From positions 30,256,001 to 30,320,000 of the forward strand of contig NC_088804.1 of assembly GCF_011386835.1 (NCBI RefSeq): 64,000 nucleotides of DNA, in the 5' to 3' direction. A program made the translations under genes and the position numbers. Source of the stretch: Chrysemys picta bellii (taxonomy: Eukaryota). Numbering within the stretch: the first letter of the stretch is position 1; every line of letters begins with the position of its first letter. The notes below the pieces were generated by a model. The model was not told the origin of the DNA and did not search any database. It worked only from the letters and a program-made list of their open reading frames with translations. This document shows positions 49,724-63,517 of the stretch, piece after piece.

Positions 49724-49784
49724 GGGATCTGATCAAAAGCCCACTGAATTCAATGGGAGCCTCAGTGGACTCTGGATCAGGCCC
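49724..49784. mobile_element. Representative of a dispersed ~60-75 bp hairpin MITE family (GGGCCTGATCC...GGATCAGGCCC)
   Basis: Degenerate copies with the core 'cccattga(c/a)ttcaatggg' at 31814-31875, 43875-43946, 44709-44781, 49724-49784 and 59499-59571. Confidence 0.6.
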
Positions 49785-51019
49785 ACATAACATATCCACA
49801 ACTAACTTCAGTCACTGACATTTCAAATATTGTGCTGAAGGAAGTAATCTTTCACTGAGAGATCTCATGGGTTAAACTCTGAGTATCAGGAATTAATTAA
49901 CATAGTGGGTTCCCCTCTCTTCCCCCTCCCTCCAGTTTCAGGTTCTTGACTTTTGTATTATTATTAATGATATGATGTTCATCATTTTCATCACCGGCCA
50001 GTCCTTGTGAGACTTGATTGTTTGTTGAGTTACCCCCCTATGAGTTCACTTCAAGCCATTTCTATTGATTTTTTTTTTCAATAAGGCCTGAGCTCTCGGC
50101 TGTCTTCTCCACAGAAAACAGTTTGCGGCACTTCTTTTAATGTTGAAAAGCAGGCAAATATACAATAAATAATCAACAACCCCTTTTTCAAAAGCTGAAA
50201 AGAATGAAAAGCTATTTGTAGTCTATTATATTCCATACAGTTTTAGAAGGAAACCAGACAGTTTCTGCCTCTGTGACCATGAGAAGTTCCATTAGGTTTA
50301 CCATCCTCCTTATTCATGATAAGAACAAAATATTATGGAGGGGGAAAAAAATCTTTTCCTGACAAAGAAAAGTAAATAACTTCTATTTCCTGGGGATCCT
50401 GATCAGTCCAAAGCTGGTTCTGTGTGAAATGTCCTGGCACAGAGATCTAATTTTCAAACATAAAACTGTGGAATAGTATGTGTATTCAGGAGGCACCCAC
50501 ATTTTAAAATGATTCTTTAATTATTCACCTACATTTCACATCGGATGCTCTTTATTCTTCCTTGATTGCAGTTATTAATTTAAAAAGCATATTCCCTTTT
50601 TAGTTGCCACTGCTTTCCTTTGGGTATGGAATGTAACCACAACATTTAGAATTTATTTTTTAAAGGGGAAACAATCTATAGCTAGCATACTCATCAGCAC
50701 CACAGGATTTTAACAAGAGTGTATTAGCATAGGTGGAATTCTTGAAGTAAAAAAATCCCATCCCCTAACTCTCACCTTTCCTTCTCCCCCACAATAAAAT
50801 TTTTAGTTTAGAAATATGGGGCAAGATCCTCTGGTCTGCTAAGTCTTAACCTGACATATGAGGATTTGCCACTAGAGGGGAATCCATAAATAGCAGAGAG
50901 CTATCTTATTCAGTCCATGTTATCCCTCTTCCTAGCTAGAGACCAAGGAAAAGGGGTCTGGCCTATACCTCGGTGATCTCCAGCTCCAAGAAAAGCGCCT
51001 AGGCATTATTTTGTGGATG

Positions 51020-51095
51020 TTCTACAGCCTGTGTTACACAGGGGGTCAAACTGGAGGATCACAAAGGTCCCTTCTGGCCTTGGAATCTATGAATT
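51020..51095 (+). mobile_element. CR1 3' tail fragment
   Basis: 'gcctgtgttacacagggggtcaaactggaggatcacaaaggtcccttctggccttggaatctatgaa'. Confidence 0.75.
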
Positions 51096-52487
51096 ATTAG
51101 ATATATTTTTTCTTTCAACCCCCTCCCCCCCACACACACATTAGAAGATGAAGAAATCTCCTGTTTTTCAATATAAATAACATGTATTAAACTTCAGGTA
51201 TGTGAAGGCTTTCTAAATATAAGTGAAAGTGTTTGGGAAACTGTCATTAATACCCAGAAGTAAAGAAGTACAGACAAAACATCCTCATCCCTCACCGTGA
51301 CATTATCTATATTCTTATATTATTGTTCAGTTGGTGGAAGCAAAGGGGAGAGGGAAGATACCTTTTTGTTTGAATGCAAATCTGAATAAAGTGAAGCCAC
51401 ATTGCTGATGTTATCTATTGCACTGCAAGATGTCTCATCATTCCCTGCTCCAACAAACAAAAATAACATTGTCAAGTATTGTATGCAATTACTTTTCCAA
51501 GACAATAGGAGTCAGCCCAGAGCTATAGCTAGGTAAGTAACCATTTGGACTCTGTGGGGAAGCAACTGAAGAAAAAATTGAATTCAGGTATCCCTCCTCC
51601 AGCCCCTGGAAAGTTCACATTTCAAAATGCCAGGTACTGTTTCCTTTTGATGATTTTATGGATTTTCAAACTTAAAATTTTGGGCAAAAAGGGAAACACC
51701 TGTTATCTGGAATAACTTGCCAGGGAAAATTACATTCTGTTATAATAACAAATGCCACACATCAAAGTCACAGAGCCCCCAATGCAGATGTGCATTTTCC
51801 ATCAGAGCTAGACAAACAGATATAAAAACATTCAATAGTTGTCATTGGCATTTAAAAAGAGCTAATAAATATAAAGCCAAGCCAGCATATTGCCTCCTGC
51901 TATGTAGGAATAGGGGTCTCCATTGTTCACCTCCCATTCATAATCAAGTCTTCAAAGACTCTTTGTTCCTACACAGTCATGACACCCAGGCAAGTTTGAG
52001 GTTTACAGAGGTTCCCCTTAAAAGAATAAGTTTGAGGCCTCCAATGATGTCACTATAAAAATAAATCAATTAAATAAATAACAAGCATAACTCCTTCAAA
52101 AACAACAAGCTAGCCTCAGCATTGCAAAAAGATGTTAAGCACTATCCCCAAATGAAACATTTCCTTAGTAAAAGAGATCATTCCCTATAGTCCTACCCCA
52201 CATCCCTTCCCCTCCTCTGTCACAGTGCACTAAAGGACTTGCAACAGAAATGTGCCAGACTATACTCCTTTATAAAACTAACCTTCAGAACCATGATATG
52301 AAGAATTACAAACCAAAAAACCTGTAACTCTCTCAACACAACACAGACATAAGTATATATTGACACAAACATGTGAGTATTACATACACACTCACATATG
52401 TATATATCTTCCAGAGTGAAAACAATATTCAGGCACACCTCTTCCAATGTGGGGGGGGGGGGGGGGGGAGGAAAAACACAAACTCAG

Positions 52488-52548
52488 TTAATAGATTTTT
52501 AGGGCCAGAAGGGATCATTATTATCACCTAGTCTGTCCTGCATAACAG
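52488..52548 (-). mobile_element. CR1 3' tail fragment
   Basis: 'atagatttttagggccagaagggatcattattatcacctagtctgtcctgcataacag' is the reverse complement of the CR1 tail. Confidence 0.65.
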
Positions 52549-53079
52549 AATTCTTTAGATCCTTTGCACAGGAACTTCATTATGGTCCCTTTCTATAAGT
52601 GTTGAATGCTTCAAATAGGTGCTGAGCACCCTCACCTCTTACTAAAGTGAAAAGGGAGCTGAGCGTACTCGGTACCTCTCAGAAGCATTCAGCATGCTGG
52701 GGGACTGCACTATATAAAACCACAACAGGTAATCAGTGATCACAAACAGGAACTAGAAACTAGGAGCCATAAGGTCCGTTGTAATCCCAAGAGGCCCAAC
52801 CACATCAAGAGAACTTCTGACAACACAGTTGTCCCTTAGTGCTGCCACATCTTGTTGTACTGAAGGGACCTAGCCTTGTTCCACCCCATGCTAAAGCTCT
52901 AAAATTGGGTCACCCAGCACAGCTATACTTGTAGCACACTGGATAAGGGCTTACAGTGATAGGGGAGAAACCTGACTCTCTCATGCACACATGCATATGC
53001 CTTATTTATTTTTATATATAAATGATTTTAAAATAGCTCCCTTAGCATGACTCCCTGGCCTCTGTCCTTTCTTCCCAAA

Positions 53080-54150
53080 GCCTTCTACTGAACATTTTGG
53101 TTGAATTTTCCTTCTGCAGGGTCTGATTTCATAATACTGATTAAAAATATCCCCTCATTCCTTCTATGTGGTCTCTATCCCCCAATCCCTCTTTCACTCT
53201 CCGCATTTCCCCCTTCCTTTTCTCTCCTTCTTCCCGTCACCATCACCCCTTATTCCTCTTCCACCTATTCCTGCACCTGCCACCAACTCCTTACCATTCC
53301 TGTCCTGAGTCCTCCCCCACCATCTCATTTCACTCACATTTCTCCCGTCCACCCAAACCCTCCTCTTCCTTTGGCTCCAGCCTGCTTGTGTCTCCCTTCC
53401 CTCCCCTCCAATCCCCTGCTCTCCCCCATCTTCTTCCATTCAGTTTCTTATATCACACCTATTACCTTGGTATCTCTGCGCCTTTCCAGAGGGGCACTAA
53501 GTGCGGGGTCTACCACACTGTGTCCTAAACTCTTTCTCCTCATTCTCCCCCCCACCTCCCCACACACACTTTGGGGTGTCTCTGCCTCCTGGGGACTTTC
53601 TATTTCTCTCCTAGGATCCTTTGATCTTCCCACTGGGAGGCTCCCCTCCTCTTTTGCTCCCAGGGTGTTTCTCCCTCCCTGCCCCTGGGATGCGTGTCTC
53701 CCCACCCTTCTCCTCTTGTGACTTCTCCCTTATCTCCCCTCCCACCCACTCCCTTCCCTGAACCTTGGGGGTTGTAGCACCCTGACCCTTCTCAGCACCC
53801 GCTGCCCCTGGCTTATAGCCTCCACATTCTCTCACAGGACCTCTCATGGAAATCTTGTACCCTACCACCGCCCAGTCCCCTCTGCCATCCCCTCCACCCC
53901 TTTGTGTCCAGGACCCCTAAGAATTAGCATCCTCTGCCACCAGCTGTCCTTCCACCCCCTTCGCTTCTAGCCACCACCGCTCCCGCAACTTCCCTGCTCC
54001 CCCTGGACTGCCCCTGTCGCTGGCTGCTGCTCCACAGACCCCACTGCTCCCCCTTTCTCTTCTCTGATCGGAGCCCCCCTGCCCGCCATCTCCATCAGTC
54101 CTCAGTCCCACCTTAGCCTCCCCCCGCTCCCATTCCGCTTCTCCTCCTCC
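53080..54150 (+). repeat. C/T-rich low-complexity tract upstream of the putative promoter
   Basis: Strong pyrimidine strand bias (ctcccc, cttc runs) over ~1 kb. Confidence 0.8.
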
Positions 54151-55020
54151 CGCGTGTTTGGGTGAAATACACCAGCCTCAGGCTGGAAAGGCACCTGGCA
54201 AGGAGCTCGGGAATGAATGGCTCTGAAATTTGTAGAAAAGTTGTGTGCTTACTAGATTGAAAAAAAAAAATTGCTTACTTGAATTTCCAAGCGCAAGACC
54301 TGCCTCCGAGATCAGCCCAATAAGAGCTGTCAGGGGAGGCTCCCAGCTCACTTTTCCACATCACTTCACAGTTACATCTGGCAGGCAGGCACATTGGAGC
54401 GCTCAGCCCCTGAATGAGTGGATTTATTTGGAATATCCCTGCTTTCCCGGCGATGTGCTGCTGCCGCTGATTTGTGCAAAGGGAGAAATTACTAACTGCA
54501 CTTTACTATGCAGGCACAGAAACCTGAGAGTCTAAGTAACCAGCTTCTCCTCCAGCAGCATCAAAAAGCATGAAAGAAATCCGGAGAATCCTGCCCATTC
54601 AGACGGACTGGTTAATATTTTCCTCTCCCTGAAGTAGACCCTTTAAATCCATTTGTAAAGTGGTCTTCGCAAGACGTTTCCTGGGTCATTGAAAGAGTGA
54701 GTATCTGTTTTTATTGTTAGCTAGTTATTTATTTCTCACTGGTAGAAGGGTTTCTCTCTGTGGATTTGTCTTTGACTTGGTGCACCTTGCATACACTGTC
54801 ACAGACACTATCTGTCTGTTTCCTTATAAACAGATGCATTATTAGACTGAAGTGTAGTGGCTCATTAATTCGGATTCTTTGAAATTCCCTGATAATGGGG
54901 AATGCCAGGTTGGGTGTGTGGGTTTTTTTGTTTTGTTTTTTTAAGGTTCAGAAGGAGTTTTGTATCACAGTGAGCTGTTCACTGGGCTGGAGAGCCCGTT
55001 TCTTCTCCGTGGTGGTTGGT

Positions 55021-55053
<33 letters not shown>

Positions 55054-55900
55054 TACAATAAATCTCTGGACTGTTGTACTGTGGTGAATAGATGCAGGGC
55101 TGCATTCATGCATTGAAGTAGATTGCAGTTTTCGTGCTGAGAATAAAAATCAGCCACCAGCCAGATATGTAAATGGTGGAGTTGGAGGCTGGTAGAATCA
55201 TAAGGGGGGGGGGGGTTCCCCTATTTATCACTGCCGACCCCGTGGTCCCCCCCAAACCTCTCAAATAAAGCCATGGATGGAATTGGACTGATTTATCCTT
55301 CTCCCCCTTTCAGAAAGGAAAGTATCCCGTCAGTTCTGCTCTATCTTTCTCTAAGCTGGGGTGGCAAGGACGCGTTAGCTATAAGTAGCCAAGAGAGCCA
55401 TCCCTTTCCCATAAGTTGTTTTCTTTCCCTGTCCTTGTTGACTAAATAGTGAATGAACCCGGCTGAAACTTAGGAGAGGGCGCAAACCCCTTAGCTCCAG
55501 TTGCTTGTTAGTTGCATCATTACGGAGGCTTCTAGAGAAGAATGCAAGACTGTCGACCCCTAACGCGGGCTGTTCCACTACGCGTTTCATCCTCTGGCTG
55601 AGAAAGGCAAGAGGAATAGCATGTTCTTACATTCTGCTTGGATATCGCATCTGCTTGGTGGTAACATCCCAACCGGGAGACCCAAGCTGTCAGATAGCAT
55701 CCCTGCTAGCTTGTATCAGATCTACAAGAACATTGTGTTCAGCTGTGGAGCATAGAAGGCACCGGATCAGACTATAGCACTGCAAAGCTTCAGTATAGAA
55801 AACCCATGGCAATTTCTCGGTGGATAATATAGAGGAGATTAACTCAAGTCCTTATTTAGGCATTGGCTACCGCCATGAAGATGCCACCACTTAACACAAG
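53950..55900 (+). promoter_or_regulatory. CpG-retaining putative promoter / 5' non-coding exon region of an unidentified plus-strand gene
   Basis: CpGs are clearly more frequent than in the flanks and the region has no recognisable TE. Strong donor GAAAGA|GTGAGT (~54696/54697); poly-T at 55022-55051; acceptor-like 'tccttctccccctttcag' ending ~55313; only short uORF-like frames downstream. Confidence 0.55.
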
Positions 55901-58900
55901 CAGGGATTCCTTTGTGATTGATGGCCATTCAGTCATGTCTAGACCCTTTCTCAATTTAAACAGTTTACGTTAAGTACCAGACTAAACGGCATTGAATCTA
56001 TCCAAACTGGCACATAATAGCATTATAAAGCAGGGCTCTGTTTACCAACAGGTATCAAACGCTCCATGCTCCTGCTACCCCCAATCCCCCTCCCCAAATC
56101 TTCTGTACTTCTCCCTTCCTATAAGAATATAAGAATGTAAACTTTAATAAAAGCTGACACGTTTAAACAGCCAACTTGATGAGCTCATCAATGACTAGCC
56201 ATTTGTCTTCATGGGCATCATTGCCAGATGTTTCCTTGGACTGCTGAATGTAAGAAATCAAATAACATTAACTGTCTATTGTTTTCAAATCTACAACATT
56301 AGTGTTTAATAGAAAACCGGCTAACAGCTGCTCACTTCAGTTTCAATTAAAGAATATAGCTGATAAGTAACAAAGCTATAGATAAAGAATCCTCTTAACT
56401 TTACTCATCCTCTTTTGTAAATTCCTGAGGAGTTTCTTTGCAATAAGGATCAAGAGAAATATGTGATACTTCCATATGATTGCAATCTGAAGATATTTCT
56501 CTACAGTCCATTGTTAGGAACAAGATGATATTTCACAATTGGTTTCTCAGGAAATGTGGGTTTACTGAAAATATTAAAAAAGCAAATAAATAAAAACAAG
56601 CAAATGAGCCTAATGTACTTTTTCAGCTGTCTTAATCAAAGAGAAATTATCAAAATGTCTAAAAGCATTGATGGTATTTTCCACACACGTTAAAACATTA
56701 CTCATCAAATCCACAAATATAAAATCTGATAACATTAAAACCCCAAAGCTCTCTACAGTGTAACCCTCCTGGCCTAATTGTGTGACCATTTCAACCTCAA
56801 AGCTGTATGAGGGGAACTGATTCTTATATAATATTCTAGTCTAGGGTTTTCCATCCATTCAACCTTGCAGTTGTGCCTCACTGAATGCAGAATTGCCCAT
56901 AATCTTCCCCTCTAAATACTGCTGTTTGCTTTTTAATATTGCTATTTATTGAAGCAATTTTCAATCTTTCTGCAATACTTATTTTATAATATCATAGGCT
57001 TTAAAGGATTTCAGTTTCTATTGCTGTTTGTAAGTTGAGGGCCTCTTGCAGCAGAGGCTATGCTACCTGGAAGCTGTATTTTGTGGGCATAGGTACATTA
57101 CGATATACAGGTGAATAATTTATTGTTAATTGAAATGTGGTGTTAGTCACAAAAAGCTACCTGCGAGGTTTCTTATCTTATAAAAAGTCATTAAATAAAA
57201 TAATATGTTTGGGCTGCTTAACAAATGTTGATGTTGTTTATATGTTAATGTTGTAATATGACATTCATTAAAGCATCTTTCATTTAAATAATAATAATAA
57301 AAAAGCTTTATAGCACTATGGGAGGGAATCCTCCACAGATCACTTCAGTCGTGCCAGCCCATACTCACTCTCCCTCCCAAAAAGCTTATAAGAGGGTGTC
57401 CACGGTCACAGACCAGATATAAATTTGCTTATTACTTTTAGAGATGGTTTCTAGAGAAGCTCTGTCTCTTTTTCACCACACAATTGTCAATTCTCTAGTA
57501 AAGATATTGATTTCTGAAGGTCTCAGTGCCCTATGTACTCTTCCTGGGACTTTTAGTCAGTGGTTGGAATTAAGGGCATGGGGCTCACCCATATGACCCC
57601 TGATATATACAAGTAAGTAAAGACCTTGTGCTATTACTTCAGCTAACAGTAAAATTGTTTTAGTTCCCATCATGAACACAGGGTACGGGGGAAGGATATG
57701 ATATATATCTATAGATATAGATATAGATATATAAAACAGGTTGATTCTAAGAGACGCTATCTATATATAGATATTTATGAACAAGAATGGATCTTTGACA
57801 AGAGACAGAGTCAACACAAAGTGCATATTGAAAGCACATGGTGCTGCAAATCTTTAACAGTTATGACAAGATAGAGTATCTATAAACAATACTTATAAGA
57901 AAGTAACTCCTAATGCTACATAATATAAATGTTAATGTCTACTCACAGCATTTTGTATAACCAACCATATATTATTATATATACAACCCACATGTATATT
58001 GTATTGCATTTTCCATTTTAAAGCTGCCTCATTGTAACACCATATAAAGGCTGACCTTTTGGACTAACTTTTAATAATAACAATTGTGTGCACCTTGATT
58101 ATATCTGCATTTCAGAAAACCATATAAGACTTTGTGAGCTGTGAGTTTAAAAATAACACAAATCAAATTTTACCGGTGGGAGGAGAACTCTAAGACTTTT
58201 GCGTTGAAATATTTTAAGCATCATTGCTACCATAAGTCTGCATGAATAGAATTCAATTAGATGATGTAAACTCAACATTTTTTCTTAGCCTTGTTGCCAT
58301 AGAAAAAGTGGTACACTTCATAGCTTTCTAAACATAACTATTTGAGAAAATTTACCCTTTTAGAAATTGAACAGAAGTGCCAATACAGTTTACATTTTCA
58401 ATTATTTCCCCCCGTTCTTGAACACTTTCATTAAATTTCTTAGTTTGATAAATCAAGTAAACAGCACCAGCACTGTGGCATTTCAACTACAGATGCAATT
58501 TTAACTTTTCAGGATTTCTCTCTGAAAATGCAGTGGGAGCAGATGACATCTGAAAGTGGAAAGAAGAGCTGACATGGAAAGGTGCCCTCAGAATTAGTTT
58601 ACTAGCAGTTGACTCCAAGGAGAGGACCAATTCCTGCTTGCCTTACTCGTGAGTAGTCCATTACTATCAATTACCGATTGATGGCAATGGTTCTACTTGA
58701 GGAACTGGTCCAACAAGATGCTAATTACTATTTATTAACACTGTAGCCAACGGGAGTTAGGACGTTCAGCATCTTGGTGGGTTGGGCTCAGAATGAATTA
58801 AATGAGCAGGATTTGGCTCAGGATATGCAAAACCTATGTATTGCTTTTCATGAGGAGCCTCCACTGCATGTATGGGTGTCTAAAGCCAACTTTCCCCCCG

Positions 58901-61287
58901 AAAAATGTTAAACGTGCCCAAGGGAAAAATGCCTCTCAGTATGTTTTGTTCAGGCTTCTATTCCTAGTAGAAGCATCTGTGTATTTTGTTAAAAATAATA
59001 TGTCAGAAATTTTTAGTTCACCAGCTTGCTTGTAGTTTTCAAACGTAGTGGTGTGTATTAAATCCAAACAGGTTAATTCTAAGAGACGCTAAACAGCCTA
59101 CTTTAAGGAACTCAGCTTGCAGTTTAAATCCATTTGTAATCACTTTCTCTTTGCTATCACTAATGTTTAATCATACAAACATATATGTATAAACTAAATG
59201 CTAATGTGCTGAGCAAATTGTGGACTTCTAAAAGAAGAATGCAATTCATTAGTTTTGCAGGCAAATACACATTTCTGACAGTGAACATCAGTATTATGGA
59301 TTGAATATATCTGCTTATTATTTCCTTTCATTTAACCAAATCATCATTGGACCTTAATTTCTACCCTGACTGAACTTGAAATGAGTCATATAAAGCCAGT
59401 GACCCTGTGGGCTTTAATCTTGGGGAGTATGCTTCAAATATATCCAATAGGAAGAAATTTAGTTCAGCCTGGCAAATGCAAATGTCAAAAATAAATATAG
59501 GGCCTGATTCTACTGCCATTAAAGTCAATGAGAAAATTTCCACTGACTTCAGTGGTGCAGAATCAAGATCTTAAGTCCTAATTTCATATGGTGCTGTTAG
59601 AGGATATTAACCAAACCTTAGCATAACTACCATAATTACTGTGTACTGTTGGCAAAGCCCGGCAATGTTTCCTTTTTTGTATAGATTTTCATTTTTTTGG
59701 CATTTATTTCAAGGGAAACTTCATACATATGCAGTCTTTAAACCACAAAGACCAAGGGTCATTTTAGTCAGATTTCAGGTTGATACAAAAGAAGGTTATT
59801 TATGCTACTTTGCTTAATTGTGCACAATAGATGACATTCTCTAAAGAAAATCAAGGAAAGAACAATAATAGTTTCTGTCGTATGTCAATGGATTACTGAA
59901 AAAGAATGAGAAAACATATTTATGGCCTCCATTAATATTTAAACAATTTTCAATAAGAACAGGATAAGCACATCTCAATTGCTGAACATCTGATGATAAA
60001 TGATGCCCTAGACAGAGGATGGTTAACACCTAATTCTCAGTTACAGGCCAATCTGTTTGCCTTTTAAGAGCTCTCAATATGGTATGCACAACTTGCATTT
60101 TCCCCTCTCACTTTTAAAAGTGTTTTAGGTCTTTCAAATTATGTAATACACCCTCATAAAAATTAGCATTGGTCTGAGAGATGAGATTGGCACCGGCTAG
60201 CACTATTAAATCTATACCTAGTCTAGAATTCTATTTCGGTGGAAGGAAAAGTGCTTTAATCACCGGACTGCAGAAAATAAAAAATTGAGTTCAGTCATAT
60301 TCTTCCCTTTACTGTATAAACAAACTGAGGCAGATGTGACTATATTACATTTCAGTGTTATAATCTGCTAGACTGTTTTGGTGGTTCAAATGAAATATGA
60401 CATTTCTCCTTCTCTCTGTTTTGAGCTGGCACCATCAGCTTCTAAGCAAGGCAATGTGGAGGTGAACTGATGCTCTGACACAGATCAGTGGGAAATCTGA
60501 CCCTCATGCTCTGGCAAATAATTTTTTTTTTTTAAGCTATGTGTGACATTCTAAAAGGCATAAACGTGGCACATGCTCTACAGTATCTGTTTATTTTAAT
60601 GCATAGTTTCTTTAGTATTTATATTACATGAAGGAGCAAGAATGATATAGTCATTTCATTGGAAATGAAGTACGATCAAGCAAGTTGTATTACTGAGCTT
60701 GTAAACTCTGTGGGGAAGGAGCTGTCTTTGTTTGAATAGTGCCTAGCACAGTAGGATCCTGGGCCATGTGTGGGGGTTCTAGGCACCATTGAAATGCAAA
60801 GAATACATTAGGAAAACATAAATAGTTTTGAAGTGCTAAGAACAATACAAAATTAACTGATTTTGATGAGGCATTTAGAGGCTAGTTCTGGGAGATGAGG
60901 GGCACTTCTACGGATCAGTGGGAGTCCTGATACTCATGTGCTTAAAGTTCACACTTGCTGAATTGGAGCCTATGGCTTTGGCAAAGGATTCAAATAATAG
61001 TCCCAGTAATATATTATATAGGACAGGATCATCGTATCAGTTAGAGATAGGGAATAACTCCTAGATCCCAAGCTGATTCTACCCCTCCCCTCCTTCAAAG
61101 GCAAACTATAGGTTCCTTCAGAAGGGGTTTTCTGAATGTAAACATTTGGAAGAATTATGCAAACAAGAAGAGTTAGAGTGGTGTGTCGATATCACAGGTC
61201 TTCACATTATGCAACTAAGTGAATAACAATGGATAGTTTGCTATGATGTTGTCATTGGCTTGGAATAGGTAAGTTTGATTTATTGAG

Positions 61288-61520
61288 TTATAGAGTTTAA
61301 GGACAGAAGGGAGCACTAGATCATCTAGTATGACCTTCTATATGTCACAGGACATCTACACTATCCAGCACCTGCCTACTAAACCCAACAACTGAAATTA
61401 GACTGAAGTATTACAGCCCACAAGAGATTAGACTGTTATATGCCACAGGCAGGGCATAGGAGGGACGGAGGTGCACCAGTGCCTGAAGTCCCCACAATGG
61501 CAGGGAAATGATAAAGTGTA
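61288..61520 (-). mobile_element. CR1-family 3' UTR fragment
   Basis: The reverse complement reads 'ctaatttcagttgttgggtttagtaggcaggtgc...tagatgatctagtgctcccttctgtccttaaactctataact'. Confidence 0.8.
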
Positions 61521-63517
61521 TCATTCTCCTTTCATCCTGACTTATCAATGAGATGTGGAATGACCTGATTCCTGGAGAAGCCTCCTCTCCCCACCAGAGC
61601 ACTGACTGTATGTTTTCTCACTGAGGAAAAAGCGGAAGGGAAAGTGAGGCAGACAAATGGTGTAGATTATGAATCTCCCAGATGTTAGTTTTATTTATTT
61701 TTTTGAAAGAACAAGGTGGCATTATTTTAGGCAGTTGTAAGCTTGTAGGCTGTTGAATAACCACGTCCTCCAATGTTTAAAGAAAAAAAAAAAAAACCTC
61801 CAGAGGCTATCCTAAAGAAATGATTGTTTGTGTGTACGTGTGTGCATGGGCCTGTCTCTCTATGTGCATGCATGTGTAAATTCTACCTACAATATAGTGG
61901 AAGGAAAGTCTGAAGAACTTTTGTGCTTAAAATGCTCCTTTGTATAAGAGCTGGGAGAATTGTTCACCTCTTCTAACTATAAAAAAGCTGCAGTGCATGA
62001 CTAAGCTTAAAAATTAAGGTAGCATATCCTTGCACTCTCACTGAGAGTGTTAGTGTGTGCGTGGGACAGAGCAGTTAAGAAGAAAGCTTTAACACGGTGT
62101 CTCTTGGCCTGACATCAAAATAAGTAGTTCTTTTTTAGTCTTGCTCTGTTTCAGTTTTTGATGCAAACGTGAATGGGAGCAAGTTGCCACTGACAATATA
62201 AAACAGTAAACTTGGACAAATGATTTGCAAATATATTTGACCAGATTCTCTCCTCCCTTATGACACTGCTTTGCAATATTCTGTGTAGCTGGCAATGGGA
62301 GGGTCACACTATTGGATTCTATTATTTATCATTATTCTTCATTACTTATGCAGTGACAAAAAGCACACTGAGCCGAACACAAGACTTTGCCCCTAGGAGC
62401 TTACAATCAAATTTCAGATACAATGCAATCACTGAGAGCAGCAAAGAGCATGGGGAATGTGTGATGAGGATGCTCCAATTTTACTGGCATGGTCAGTTTT
62501 TGTGTCTTGATGGCTCTATTAAAGCTATTTATTTTTCTGTGTTTTTCAATGGCAAATTATCATGCTGAATATTGTAGGACAGCTCATGTGAGCAAGGATT
62601 ACCCACATGAATGAGGAGTGGAGTAGAAAACTTCAGGGTTTACTGAGCTGCCAGGAGAGGATTAGCAGAGAAAGATTCTGCTTCCCACAGTGGGAAGGGT
62701 CTGCATCATGTTGCTGCCATTACTGGGGAACCCTGTTAGAACCCTGAAAAAATGGACTAGTAAGTATGGGTGGAAGTGTTGCAGTGTAACCAATACCTGC
62801 AGTGGCAAATGTAAAACTAAAAAGGATTGAGTTTAAAGAACAGATAGAAAAGAATGAAGCCAAAGAAGACAGGAATGATATTCTAGCTACTGTGGAAAGT
62901 AGGTAAGAAAGGGCTAAGAGAAAAATAAATGAATAAATAGTGAGGAAGAAGAGGCTTCCAGATGTTGACAAAGGAGGCACTGCAAGGTACAAAAGTGAAT
63001 GTTGGCTATTTAAAAAAACCAGGGGCGGTTGCAGATTTTGTACCCATGTAGACGGCATGTTTAGTTTCTGATCATGGGCCAAGGGAACATCAAGATAATA
63101 GGAAGAAAGTGTCATTGTTGATGAGTATGTTCCAAATAAAGGGAGCCAATCCGAGGATATTAGTTATTGTTAAAGGCTTCTGATTAACTGTCCTGATGTG
63201 TTTTCCTAACTTGAGTGAAAGTTGTCATCTAAAGCTCTACCTGTCCTGCAGGAAGGGAGGATCTTTAATTTATTTATAGCAGGGACTCAAGGTTGTTTAA
63301 TGGAGTTTTCCCTGCAGGGCAAGAACTCCCATGTGAGTCTGATGGAACTTTGAGACTTCAGGAGTGTATACAATACAAAGAACACCATGCTCAAGTCAAC
63401 TAGTGCTAACCAAAGGTTTAAATGACTTGGTGAACATACATCTCACTAGTTCTGTGCTGCCTACGTTTAATGCACATTTGCCTGTATTGAATCAGGGTGC
63501 CAAGATGGAGTATATTA

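Noticed and set aside
53101-53721. 206-aa Pro/Ser/Leu-rich ORF
   Set aside because: It is the translation of C/T low-complexity DNA, where stop codons are depleted by composition.
53785-53805. TCAGCACC as a REST/NRSE site
   Set aside because: Only the left half-site matches; the GGACAG right half is absent.
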